From Pecten maximus (lineage: Eukaryota): a DNA stretch of 64,000 bases. Below are positions 53,252 to 64,000 of the stretch, in pieces; positions within the stretch are counted from its first letter, which is position 1, and each line of letters starts with the position of its first letter. Location of the stretch: assembly GCF_902652985.1 (NCBI RefSeq), contig NC_047018.1, forward strand, positions 29,140,001-29,204,000, read 5' to 3'. Below the pieces are notes generated by a model that saw only the letters and a program-made list of their open reading frames with translations, made no database searches and was not told where the DNA came from. A program made the position numbers and the translations under genes.

Positions 53252-54052
53252 ATGTTGTCTATATTACTTTCCGTAACACTTATTCTTCTGTTGTGTCCGA
53301 ATGGAGCAAGTGGCCAAAACATCGTCTGTATGATGTTGCATTGCAAGGACGAATCTAAGAACTGTATGTTAGACTCAGACTGTCGATCGGCACTCGCATG
53401 TATCACGGGTTGTGGGACGAAAAACGAGACGTGTATGTTTGACTGCCTGTACTCCTACGAGGATGACGTGTTCGACACCTTTATGAAGTGTGCATTTACG
53501 GAATATAAATGCATCACCATGGTTTCGCCAGACCCTGATTTCCGCTGTAAGCCTCCACATTTACCTCTGAAAACTCTGCCTGCACAACAACTCAAAGGTT
53601 CGTGGTATATCGTCCTTGGACTGAATCCGAATTTCGATTGTTTTGACTGCCAAATTACCACGTTTTATCCATCGAACAATTCAAATTCTTTGTTTGTGAA
53701 CGAACATTTTGACGTGCACACCATTGATGGAAAGCTGAAGCACAAATTGGTTAACGAAACCGCTATGCAAAATAATGCATCGTTTCAAGGACTGCTGGAG
53801 TATAAGAGCATGCAAATGGGACACGAGACGACCACAGAGTGGAGAATTCTGTACCAGGACCCAAAGCTAAGCTATATGATTGGATACTACTGCGGTCACG
53901 TGGCTTCCGACTGGTACTACGAAGGGTCCGTCGTCTTCTCTCGGAATCCTGAGCTGAGTAGTGAAATTATGACAGAGGTTAAAGGTCAAATGACAACCCT
54001 CGGTCTGCCTGTCGACCAGTTTTGTGCACCGAAAACATCAAATTGCTTTTAA
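53252..54052 (+). CDS. Violaxanthin de-epoxidase family (VDE/VDL-like) lipocalin protein, intronless CDS, signal peptide, 266 aa
   Basis: Signal peptide MLSILLSVTLILLLCPNGASG. VDE-type Cys-rich N-domain CMMLHCKDESKNCMLDSDCRSALACITGC...ETCMFDCLYSYEDDVFDTFMKCAFTEYKC. Lipocalin motif GSWYIVLGLNPNFDCFDCQ (plant VDE GKWYITSGLNPTFDAFDCQ) and YYCG...YEGSVVFSR (VDE YYRG...YGGAVVYTR). AATAAA at 54069-54074. Confidence 0.9.
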   Translation: MLSILLSVTLILLLCPNGASGQNIVCMMLHCKDESKNCMLDSDCRSALACITGCGTKNETCMFDCLYSYEDDVFDTFMKCAFTEYKCITMVSPDPDFRCKPPHLPLKTLPAQQLKGSWYIVLGLNPNFDCFDCQITTFYPSNNSNSLFVNEHFDVHTIDGKLKHKLVNETAMQNNASFQGLLEYKSMQMGHETTTEWRILYQDPKLSYMIGYYCGHVASDWYYEGSVVFSRNPELSSEIMTEVKGQMTTLGLPVDQFCAPKTSNCF

Positions 54053-54307
54053 TTGTTATCGATGGATGAATAAATATTTTAGATCTTTGAAAGGTATAAT
54101 GTTGTTCCTCGATAAATATCTAAACCTATGTTATGTCAATAATATGACTATCGATATATATTCCACATGACTATGAAATGATAATGTCTACACTTGTTAT
54201 CTCAATATACGACATATACGACATCATAAATTCAACCATTGTCATATCATCATCTTTGTTTTTCGAAAACATGCCGCCCCCCTTTCCCTTAAAAACTGGA
54301 AGTATCA

Positions 54308-55706
54308 TTTTTAGCTCACCTGCCCGAAGGGCAAGTGAGCTTAGGCCGTGGTGCGGCATCCGTCGTCCGTCCGTCCGACGTCATTTTTTTCATTTAAACA
54401 ACTTCTTCTCAATAACCAAGAGGCCAAGGGACTTGATATTGGGCCTGTAGTATGCTGGGGTGAAGGGCTACCAAGTCTGTTCAAATAAATGACCTTGACC
54501 TTCATTCAAGGTCACATGGGTCAAATAGGCTATAATCTTCAAAAACATTCTTCTCAATAACCAAGAGGCACAGGGACTTGATATTGGGACTGTAGCATGC
54601 TGGGGTGAAGGGCTACTTAGTTTGTTCAAATGAATGACCTTGACCTTCATTCAAGGTCACATGGGTCAAATAGGCTATAATCTTCAAAAACATTCTTCTC
54701 AATAACCAAGAGGCACAGGGACTTGATATTGGGACTGTAGCATGCTGGGGTGAAGGGCTACTTAGTTTGTTCAAATGAATGACCTTGACCTTCATTCAAG
54801 GTCAAAGGGGTCAAATAGGCTATAATCTTCAAACAACTTCTTCTCAATAACCAAGAGGCCCAGGGACTTGATATTGGGTCTGTAGCATGCTTGCGTGAAG
54901 GGCTACCAAGTTTGTTCAAATGAATGACATTGACCTTCATTCAAGGTCACAGGGTCAAATAGGCTATAATCTTCAAACAACTTCTCAATAACCAAGAGAC
55001 CCAGGGGCCCAATATTTGGGCCTGTAGCATGCTGGGGTGAAGGGCTACCAAGTCTGTTCAAATAAATTACCTTGACCTTCATTCAAGGTCACATGGGTCA
55101 AATAGGCTATAATCTTCAAAAACATTCTTCTCAATAACCAAGAGACCCAGGGGCCCAATATTTGGGCCTGTAGCATGCTGTGGGGAAGGGCAACCAAGTT
55201 TGTTCAAATAAATGACCTTGACCTTCATTCAAGGTCACATGGGTCAAATAGGCTATAATCTTAAAACGACTTCTCAATAACCAAGAGGCCCAGGGACTTG
55301 ATATTTGGCCTGTAGCATGCTTGGATGAAGGGCTACCAAGTTTGTTCAAATGAATGACCTTGACCTTCATTCATGGTCACATGGGTCAAATCGGCTAATA
55401 TCTTCAAACAACTTCTTCTCAAACACGAAGAGGCTCAGGCACTTGAGGTTGGGCCTGTCTGTAGCATGCTGGGGTGTAGGGCTACCAAATGTGTTCAAAT
55501 GAATGACATCGATCTACATTCAAGGTCACAGGAGTGAAATATTTTTAAATCTTCTGATAGCCAAGAGTCACCAAGACCCGATATTAGGCCAATAATATGC
55601 ATTGAATAAATTGGTTATCAGCATAGTATCTGTAGAAATGACATCAATCAACTGCACATTCGCTGTAGAACTTGCTGAGCGATACAGGCCCATTGGGCCT
55701 CTTGTT
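54308..55706 (+). mobile_element. Helentron-associated non-autonomous element (HINE/pearl type) with ~8 internal ~145-bp tandem core repeats
   Basis: 5' tttagctcacctgcccgaagggcaagtgagctt hairpin, (gtcc)n microsatellite, 145-bp cores (accaagaggc at 54415, 54560, 54705, 54850...), 3' tgagcgatacaggcccattgggcctcttgtttt hairpin; inserted in T runs. Confidence 0.88.
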
Positions 55707-56359
55707 TTAAGATATTACTGAAAGTATCATTTTTTCTTTCATTTTCTAGTGATATCCATTTTGACCATCCCAGCAAACAGACCGTCGTCCTTGTTCTCCT
55801 TTCTGGTTATATCGTAGTATAGCACATGACTATATATATGTATTGAATATTGGAGAAATGGAAGTAAGCTATGGAAACTAAAAATCGATAAAAGAAGTCA
55901 TAACATTTTGCACAAATGCTTGCCCTATATGAGCTGTTATCTTCGCACTTCGCCTGAACACATCTGCCAACATCTACAGAACAACCCTGAAAGTCGTAAC
56001 AGAACACCAAACGACAAAATGACTTATCAATTATTTCAATGTTTTTTTTATTACATGTAGCTGTCATTACAACAACACCACATTTTCTGTAAAATCTACT
56101 AAGATTCATTATCCAGTTTAAGAACCAATCTAACCTGATCCACACGCAATTTAAAAAAAAATCTTGGGACTAATCAGTCCTTCGGTAACATTCCTTCAGT
56201 GTTTCGATTGGCTGGATGTTGAAATAAAGTTACCGCTGTGTGCCGTGTGTGATTTTGCGCACAATAATAGAGTGAGACAAGAGGTTATGGTACCGTTCAT
56301 TTATTCCTTTACAAAATTATGTTTACCAGTACAAAGATTATGCGATGAAGATTACCCGA

Positions 56360-59300
56360 TCAGCCCAGTGGGATCCATGAACCATTCGTGTCAGCAGTAG
56401 GTAGGGGCGTGGTATGTACGCAGGACTGAACGGGGTCACTAGAAAACAATAAAATTTCACCAATTTTGACTTTAAAGATATTTATTATGAAAATTTGTAA
56501 TAACAAATACCTTTAACTTAATTTTTTCGGAACAATGGGTCATATTCTCGTTAAAGAATGTCCCTGCATAATTCATGTAACACAGACGATCATAATGTAT
56601 GACATGTAATACAAACGACCATACAATATAGATCATGTAACACAATTGATCATACACTTGATGACATTTCACACAAACGATCATACACTTGATGACATTT
56701 CACACAAATGATCATACACTTGATGACATTTCACAAGAACGATCATACAATGTAAATCATGTAACACAAACGATCATACAATTTATGGTATGCAACACAA
56801 ATCACCATACAATGTATGGTATGTAACACAAAACATCATACAATGTATGACATGTAACACAAACATCTTACAATGTATGGTATGTAACACAAAACATCAT
56901 ACAATGTATGACATTTAACACAAAACATCATACAATGTATGACATGTAACACAAACATCATACAATGTATGACATGTAACACAAAAGATCATACAATGTA
57001 TGACATGTAACACAAACATCTTACAATGTATGGTATGTAACACAAACATCTTACAATGTATGACATTTAACACAAACATCTTACAATGTATGGTATGTAA
57101 CACAAAACATCATACAATGTATGACATTTAACACAAACATCTTGCAATGTATGACATGTAACACAAACATCTTGCAATGTATGACATGTAACACAAAACA
57201 TCATACAATGTATGACATTTAACACAAAACATCTTACAATGTATGGCATGTAACACAGATGAGAATACAATGTATGACATGTAACACAAACGATCATTGT
57301 ATTACATGTAACGGAAGAGTGGGTTATACATTCCTATACATTAATTTAGGTTGCCAATGGCATTATACGAAGCTAAAACTTACCTCAGTTCGCAGATGTA
57401 CTGGCCGTTATCGTGACAAGAAGTGTCCGCAAAGAAGAAATCCACATGGTTATATAATGCTAAGCAGTTTTCTCCGCCGAAACTGGGTTTTGGCTCACCG
57501 GTACCCCAGGAGAAGAAAGTAAGAGAATTGCGGTCAAGGTTTCTTACCCAATGGTTATCATGAGTACGCACACCGTCAATCCAGTAATAATGTCTGCTTG
57601 CTGGTGCTTTAAGAACAATAGAAAGACGTTGAATTATGTATGATATTAAGCCACAACACACTGGAGAGGGAACCCCCATAACAACATAGAGAGGAATATT
57701 TCAATTTTACAAAAAAAAGAAAAAAAGAAAAAAAATACATGCAGCTAGACTTCGTTAACTATATATTTAACCTATTACATTAACCATACAACTAACCTTT
57801 GTTATGTTAGCCATATATCTAACCCATTACATTAACCATGCAACAGACCTTTTGTTATGTTAACCATATATCTAACCTATTACATTAACCATATATATCT
57901 AGCCTTTGTTATGTAACCATACAGCTAACCATTCTAACGTTAACCATTTCTAAACTGTTATATTAAAATATAACTAACCTTTGATGTGTTTACTATATAT
58001 TCCACCTGTTATATTAACCATACAACCAACCTTCATTTTGAATACTGTATGTAAATAAAAATGATTTAGGACATAGAGCACTGTTATCAATATGAAATAT
58101 GTGTATCATATGTTGATTACATATCCTACCTCCGTTTGTCCAGAACAAAGTTACACATTATAGAAAGGTATACATGAGATACCTGTAGGAAATCGCTTGA
58201 CTAGTTTCCTGAGGAATTCCAACTCTTGATTATCGTCAACTTGAGCGAGAGTCGCATTTTCTGTCAAGCAATATATCTGTAATTAAACAATGCATGTAGA
58301 AGTATACACATGATGACATCATCCTTCAATGTCAGTAGATTATTTTGACTGGAAGATATGTCAACGGGGCGTGATACGAGGACAAACCATGTAGCTCGAT
58401 GAAAAAAAAAAAAATAAAAAACGAAAAAGAAAACCTCTGGCGACAGGTACTCCGAGAGCTATGATAATGTTGCTGGACCGCTCGCGTGTTCGACCAGCAA
58501 TCGGATAAGACATAAGTTAAAAGAGGGTTAGATGAAAGCTAACGAAGTGACGTAAATGGGTATGAGGAACTTGAGAAGCATGCGATGCGGATTATTTGAC
58601 CAAATGCTGAGATCATGTCAATGTCACGTCGGACCGGTTTGTCCATATTCCACAGGACACTTACACTGGACGATTAAGTAAAAAAAAATCACACAGGTAC
58701 ATTAAACAACATGTACTCGCCATATACACATACATGTATCGTAGTGAAAGCCTTGGTCACATACAGGCAAAAGAAATATATAATTTAACTATACGTCTAC
58801 AACGGCCACGTTTATATCCTAGGAAACCACTTGCACCTGCACATGGAAGGAACAAAATATACTATTGCATTACCCGTAACATGCCTGTGGTGTCCATCTC
58901 AATTATGTTAAACAATACAAAGTATTTAGATCAATAAAAATGATGAGCATTAAGGCTATAACTTGAAAACATTTCCGGTAGTCCCTGGGTCAGTCGTGAA
59001 AGAGAAACAAACATAATATCTAAAACAATGTTCTCTACTTCGAAATACTAAACAAATATTTCCCCAATGGACTCTTCCCTCGCGATATGCGACATGGACC
59101 AACCTCCATAACGATCTGGGGGTTTACGGACTCCCCGTGCCGACCCCCTGTCCTGGACTTATATCGAGTGTTTGTACTGACTATTCCCATAGGTTGTTGA
59201 AATGGTTACCGAAGTGACTGCTCTGGGCGTACCCATGGTATCTAGCGATACTGACCTGGAGCTGCTGGGATTTAAGCCCATAAAAACATCCCCTGTGCTT

Positions 59301-62300
59301 ATAGTAAAGGGTGGTAAATCTGGTCCCTGTCTCTGTGGAATTACATAGCGTTGCCCATCCGTACTGTTCTGTCAACTACTTGAGTCAGAATCAGATTCAG
59401 TGACGCTACCAAACTCTCCCCCCCCCCCCCCCCCCCCCCCCCCCCAGTTCATCAATGGGTGATGTTATGAAGGGCAATGACATATTCCGATGTTAAGTGC
59501 GTAGAGGCCCAGTCCCCCTTTTCGCTCCGCACCCGATAGACAGGTATCTCGGAACTAGTAATACAGACCACCCTATAAGGATCATGCTCCCATCTGTCTG
59601 CTTGTTTATGTTTCCCCTGGAAACCTACCTTCCTAACTAGCGCTCTGCCCTACCTCTATGGTTCACTCCTTGACCTTAGTATCATAGCTAGCTTTGTTTT
59701 TGTCAGCCTTGTGACCAGTTTCCTTAGCAGCTCGGTATGCATACTCCAGCTTCGTTCCGCTTTTTGTAACGTTGTAGGCATAGACCATTGAGGAGACATA
59801 TCATTTTAAGTCTGCTTTTTGCTCTTCTGCCTTTGTAGCTAGCATGTTCCCCATATTCCCCATAGGTTGATAAAGAGTGGTTAGAGTTTCCTGACTCCAG
59901 CGAGCTTACATAGTTCCCTAACAAGCTTATTCTCGAAGCTACGACCTTGGTCGCTGAAAAACTTCCCGGGAAAACCCTAGTAGACTATGAAATTTTCATA
60001 CAAGGCCTTGGCTGTGGTGTAGGCGGACTGATTACTACACGGCACTGCTTTTGCGTATCGTGTGAAATGGTCAACAATAACCAATATTTTCTCATATCAA
60101 CTTTTTGAGGCCAGTAATGTCGCTTTTGCGCAAGCCATAGCGCCTATTTTTCCCTTGATGGTCCACATCATCGTGAACACCCTTCAAGGCTTGAGTTCGG
60201 TAAGCTTTCGGTTTCAAGAGCTGCTTAACCTGGGTGTTGTCTAACATAGCTAGCTGAACTATAAAGAACGCCCTAGTACAAGGAAATGTGTCGTCGCTCC
60301 CTAAGATACTTGCGTACTTCAACAGACTCATTCTTTCACCCTTGAAAAAGGTCACTACTGAATACTCAGTCTAGTTAGAGCAGAATCTTTCCTTTACTCC
60401 AATGCCCAATCGATCTAATCAAACTCTGTGCCTGATCCCACATCCTCCCCGGCCGAAGGAGGAGCCGTCTCCTCTGACACAGAAGCAATCGATGGTACTG
60501 AAACCATGACATATTGCTTTTACTGCGTCTGAGAATAACTGTTCCAATGAAATAACTTTCAAACCCCATCTCCATTTTGGAATTCATATCATTCTCATGG
60601 GCACTAAATCTTTTCCCTAAATCTAACTTGGGCTGAATATTATGTTGCTGGGTCTTCGCATCCACCTTATAGTTTGGAGGAGGAGCACCAGCCGTAGTTT
60701 ACCCTGTAGTCTGCTTGTTGATCTATTAATTCTCCTAATCTCTCTAAGGAGTTGGTCGAACTCCTTAATTGTAGCATATCTGTGCCTCGTCTTACTTTCC
60801 AGTCTATCAGAGGATAGGTATGTCCAGAATTTATGGCGTAACATAAATACAATACTCATGTTCAACAGCGACATGCAGCAGGGTTTTAAGCCTGCAGTCA
60901 AACTCTGTGACAGACTCTTCAGGCTCTTGATATGAATTTAAAAAAAGGACATCATCATCCGACGTGCAGTGTCCCGTAACGACCTATCGACAGCCTGGGC
61001 CAGAACACTTTCTGTGACCTCTTCATCATTTGAAAGGCACTGTACCTCAAACCGCCTATTCCCGAATATGACACATTCCCGGTTATTAGAGGATCTTCTT
61101 CAGAGAAGTGTGGTATTTTCTGTACCTCTGGTGCTCGAATGAGATAAGGCTCACTCTGGAGAGTATTGTATCCGGCTGGTGGCTTTACATCGTCAGGAGT
61201 GATATTGAACCCTTCCTGTTGCACTTAAGGTCCTAATCATCGCCATCTCTATACCTTGTCATTAGCATTAGACTCCGCCATATTGACAAATCCAGTGTAA
61301 ATGAACAATACATTGTACACCTGGATACAGTCAGGCGTGGTCAATATGTACACTATCTAGAAATGGTTTGTTCTCCTTTCGCCCACTTTTTGGAGTTCAA
61401 AAGCATTATATAAACACTTGAGAACAATGGCCCACCAATTATAGTCTGTTCTGGGAAAGTCCGGTAATACATGCAGATATTTACCTGTATTTTTTCAAAG
61501 TCACACTACATCACAAAAAATATTATTATATTAGTAATTTATATTAAAATGTAACGTCTTCTTTTGTCCGTTATCAGTTAAATATTTACCAGTTAAATTA
61601 CTAACACAACAAAATTTACAATTATAAATCTTCATATTTTTTTTTGAAGAATCAACGGCATCATATGAATATGTTTCATGACAAACTTCGGAAATATATG
61701 ACAAACAGGTAATGTGGGAGAACGTACAGGTAAGATCCAGGTAAGGTATATATGAAGCAGACTATAATGACTGTCACAACATACCTGCCCCAATGTTATT
61801 TTTAAAAAGTGGGCGAAAGGAGAACACACCCTAGAAACCTAGTAACAAGGCCTATAGGCCTTAACGTAACCGGAGTTTTGAAATATTTCTGTGTCAATAT
61901 GACCCTTTTTGACCCCGCTCATCAGCCCCTGGGGCCAAATTTGCAAACCATCAAACTGCCTTCCAAAACTGTTTACTAATCAATTCCAAAATAACTCCAA
62001 CAACTGATAGTCAAAATGTGATTCCTATATAAACTATAGTAAAGTTTACCTCTTCCCCAGGGGCAAACGTAAGACTCCGGAGTCATGCAATTCACAATTC
62101 TGGTAAAGCATCTTAAGACTCTTACATCTAAAAATAGAATATTAGATCCTACCTTTATTGAGTCTTGAGAAGTAGGTTTTTGAAATTTAAGTTAATTTGA
62201 CCCATCTTTGCTCCACCAATCAGCCCAGGGGTTCAGTCAGGGCATGTCATCAAACTGCCATCCCCTGCTGATTCCAAGATGGAATGAATTCCTATAAAAT

Positions 62301-63005
62301 TCAAACAAATGAGGGTCAAAAATGTAAATTTCCCGATATAAACTAGAGTAAAGTTTATCCACTTCCCAGAGGCAAACGTGAGATCCCATTTAGGTCAATT
62401 TGACCCCTTTTGGCTCTTCCCCTCAGTCCCTATTAAAGGTGGTGACCATATGATTCACAATGGTTTTTGTTGACCTTAGGCCATTGAAGGTTTCTGCAAA
62501 ATTGCAATTAAAGCTGGTTCAGGGATTTCTGAGTAAAACTGGTTCAGTGATTTCTGAGTAAAACTGGTTCAGGGATTTCTGATGTCAGTTGTCAAGGAGA
62601 CACCATCAACCCATGTCATATGACAGTTGTCACGCAGACACCAACTGAGGAAAATAAACAACAGAAAGAACGTGTAGACAGGATAAGACAAATATACCCA
62701 GTATCTCAATGAGGTCAATTCTAAGCAGGGATCACGCAAGACATTTCCTGATTGTAATCAGGAATCAGTATTATCATCATCAACATACAGCAGGATACAG
62801 CAGGCCGTATACTTGGGCACTCCCTCACACATACATTCTGCAGGTGACCTTGCAAATAGTCGTTTCTGAACAAAGACCTATCGTAAACAATTATTGTCTT
62901 AACGTTGATAACGTACCACAGAATCGCCACTTTGGTGAAGTGTTGTGGAAATAAGGTAACAAGATTTCCCTCGACGTATCCAACCGTCTGGACACACGGC
63001 ACATA
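56360..63005 (-). CDS. C-type lectin (perlucin-like); 5' signal-peptide exon not found in window
   Basis: Phase-consistent exons 63005-62917 (CPDGWIRRGKSCYLIS), 58276-58183 (IYCLTENATLAQVDDNQELEFL), 57606-57384 (YYWIDG...FSWGTGEPK...ENCLAL...FADTSCHDNGQYICE), 56438-56360 (stop). Confidence 0.85.
56570..57310. repeat. 29-30-bp minisatellite in lectin intron
   Basis: Unit tacaatgtatgacatgtaacacaaa(a)catc(a/t). Confidence 0.9.
59000..61281 (-). mobile_element. Decayed, internally deleted Ty3/Gypsy LTR retrotransposon (PNMA-like gag plus integrase remnants)
   Basis: Minus strand gag-like KIPHFSEEDPLITGNVSYS then WRFEVQCL...VLAQAVDRSLRDTARR after a frameshift. Integrase remnants YRTQALKGVHDDVDHQG and ILVIVDHFTRYAKAVPCSNQSAYTTAKALYENFIVY*GFPGKFFSDQGRSFEN with stops and frameshifts. 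LTRs not resolved; left boundary approximate. Confidence 0.82.
61365..61830. mobile_element. 466-bp MITE with GG-initiated TIRs and 7-8-bp TSD (Merlin- or MULE-like)
   Basis: Perfect 23-bp inverted repeat tgttctcctttcgcccacttttt (61369-61391) / aaaaagtgggcgaaaggagaaca (61804-61826); flanks ctagaaat (61357) and ctagaaac (61831). Confidence 0.8.
61843..62530 (-). mobile_element. Decayed HINE-like element with internal repeats
   Basis: Begins aacaaggcctataggcctt hairpin; repeated tataaacta(t/g)agtaaagttta and ggcaaacgt(a/g)aga blocks at ~62028 and ~62337. Confidence 0.5.
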
Positions 63006-64000
63006 CTGTAAATTAAAGAGTATCAGATCACAAATATCCAAACTCATTATTTTCTAAAAGTCTAATGTTTGGTTCTGTTGTTGTAAAAGGGTAATATATT
63101 CAATGATACCTAATAGGATGTATTGGTAATACATAGTTTTGTTTATAAATATTATCATTTTAATCATTATATACTATTATAATGATTGTCATTGATGGAA
63201 TTACTCCGTTGGATTAGAAAAACGCTTTTACCTGCGCGCGAGTATTATATCAGCGTGCGCGTTTCTTTGTGTTCGTAATGTACATGTATGTATGTGTGTG
63301 TGCGTAAATAGTGGTCACCGACAGACTGGACATGTGACAGTTCTGACGGACTTTGACGAAGGTGTTTGATTGGTTGGATGTTGTTTTCGTATGTTTTAGT
63401 GAATATTTCTCTGTGTTTGGGCAGTTTTGAATTTGCCGTGGTAGACGGTGGTTTAATGGTTTATCTTGGTTTGCCCGCTATATATGTTCATCATGGGTAA
63501 GTTAGTTTTATTTGAATTAATTTATTTTTCCCCGTGTGGTTGACAATCACAAGTGATCGAATGATTAATTAAGTGTTTTAATGATCCATTGAATAATGTG
63601 TTTGATTATATACGAGTATACGTGAATACTATTCTGACATGATTGTTAAGTTGGAATAAAATCATATAATCTTATCAGTAAAGCAATCATCACGTATTTG
63701 ATGTGATATATATATTTATATGTATGAGTTATCATGTATGATATTCTGTATGATCTTTTATTGTAGTTTATATAAAAGGCGATTCTAGACTGTGACGTAC
63801 TAGGAGTGTTGTGCCTTTGTGCAAATCAGCATTGATACACGATACGTGTTGTAAGTGTATTGTTATTTTTACTGAATATGCACTGTATGATATATATTTG
63901 ATGTCATGATTTAAGATAAATCCATATATATATATAGAATAAAGTTTAAATGTCCATGTGACGGTAAATAATAATAAAATGAAAAGCCAAACACAGATCT

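Noticed and set aside
53252-54052. Algal contamination as the source of the VDE-like gene
   Set aside because: Contiguous with host-type TEs and introned animal genes, and has a simple signal peptide and an AATAAA poly(A) signal. A chimeric assembly cannot be fully excluded without reads.
54468-55370. Repeated MKVKVIHLNKL... ORFs
   Set aside because: Translations of the 145-bp HINE core repeats.
58290-59000. Possible 3' LTR of the Gypsy remnant
   Set aside because: No matching second LTR, PBS or TSD could be identified by eye.

Overview
AT-rich eukaryotic genomic DNA with spliceosomal GT-AG introns. The repeat families (V-domain tRNA SINEs, Helentron-associated HINE/pearl-type elements, minisatellites) and genes point to a bivalve mollusc, probably a scallop; this is inference. 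Six genes could be reconstructed by hand with phase-consistent splice junctions. (1) A large ankyrin-repeat protein on the minus strand, running off the left edge. (2) Head-to-head with it, an ANK-ZU5-ZU5-UPA-death-death protein of the PIDD/DTHD1/ankyrin type, with an HFS autoproteolysis motif. (3) A 296-aa uncharacterised protein. (4) An Acl4-like TPR chaperone of Rpl4. (5) An intronless, signal-peptide-bearing violaxanthin de-epoxidase (VDE)-family protein with a perfect CLEAR element upstream. (6) A C-type lectin whose intron holds a decayed Gypsy element and MITEs. The most unusual non-coding feature is two arrays of a 49-bp repeat whose unit is essentially a complete hammerhead ribozyme (CUGAnGA-stem II-GAAA-palindromic stem III-GUA-stem I). 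They lie inside a ~2-kb tandem duplication just 3' of gene 2. Most short ORFs in the supplied track are artefacts of tandem repeats or antisense frames.
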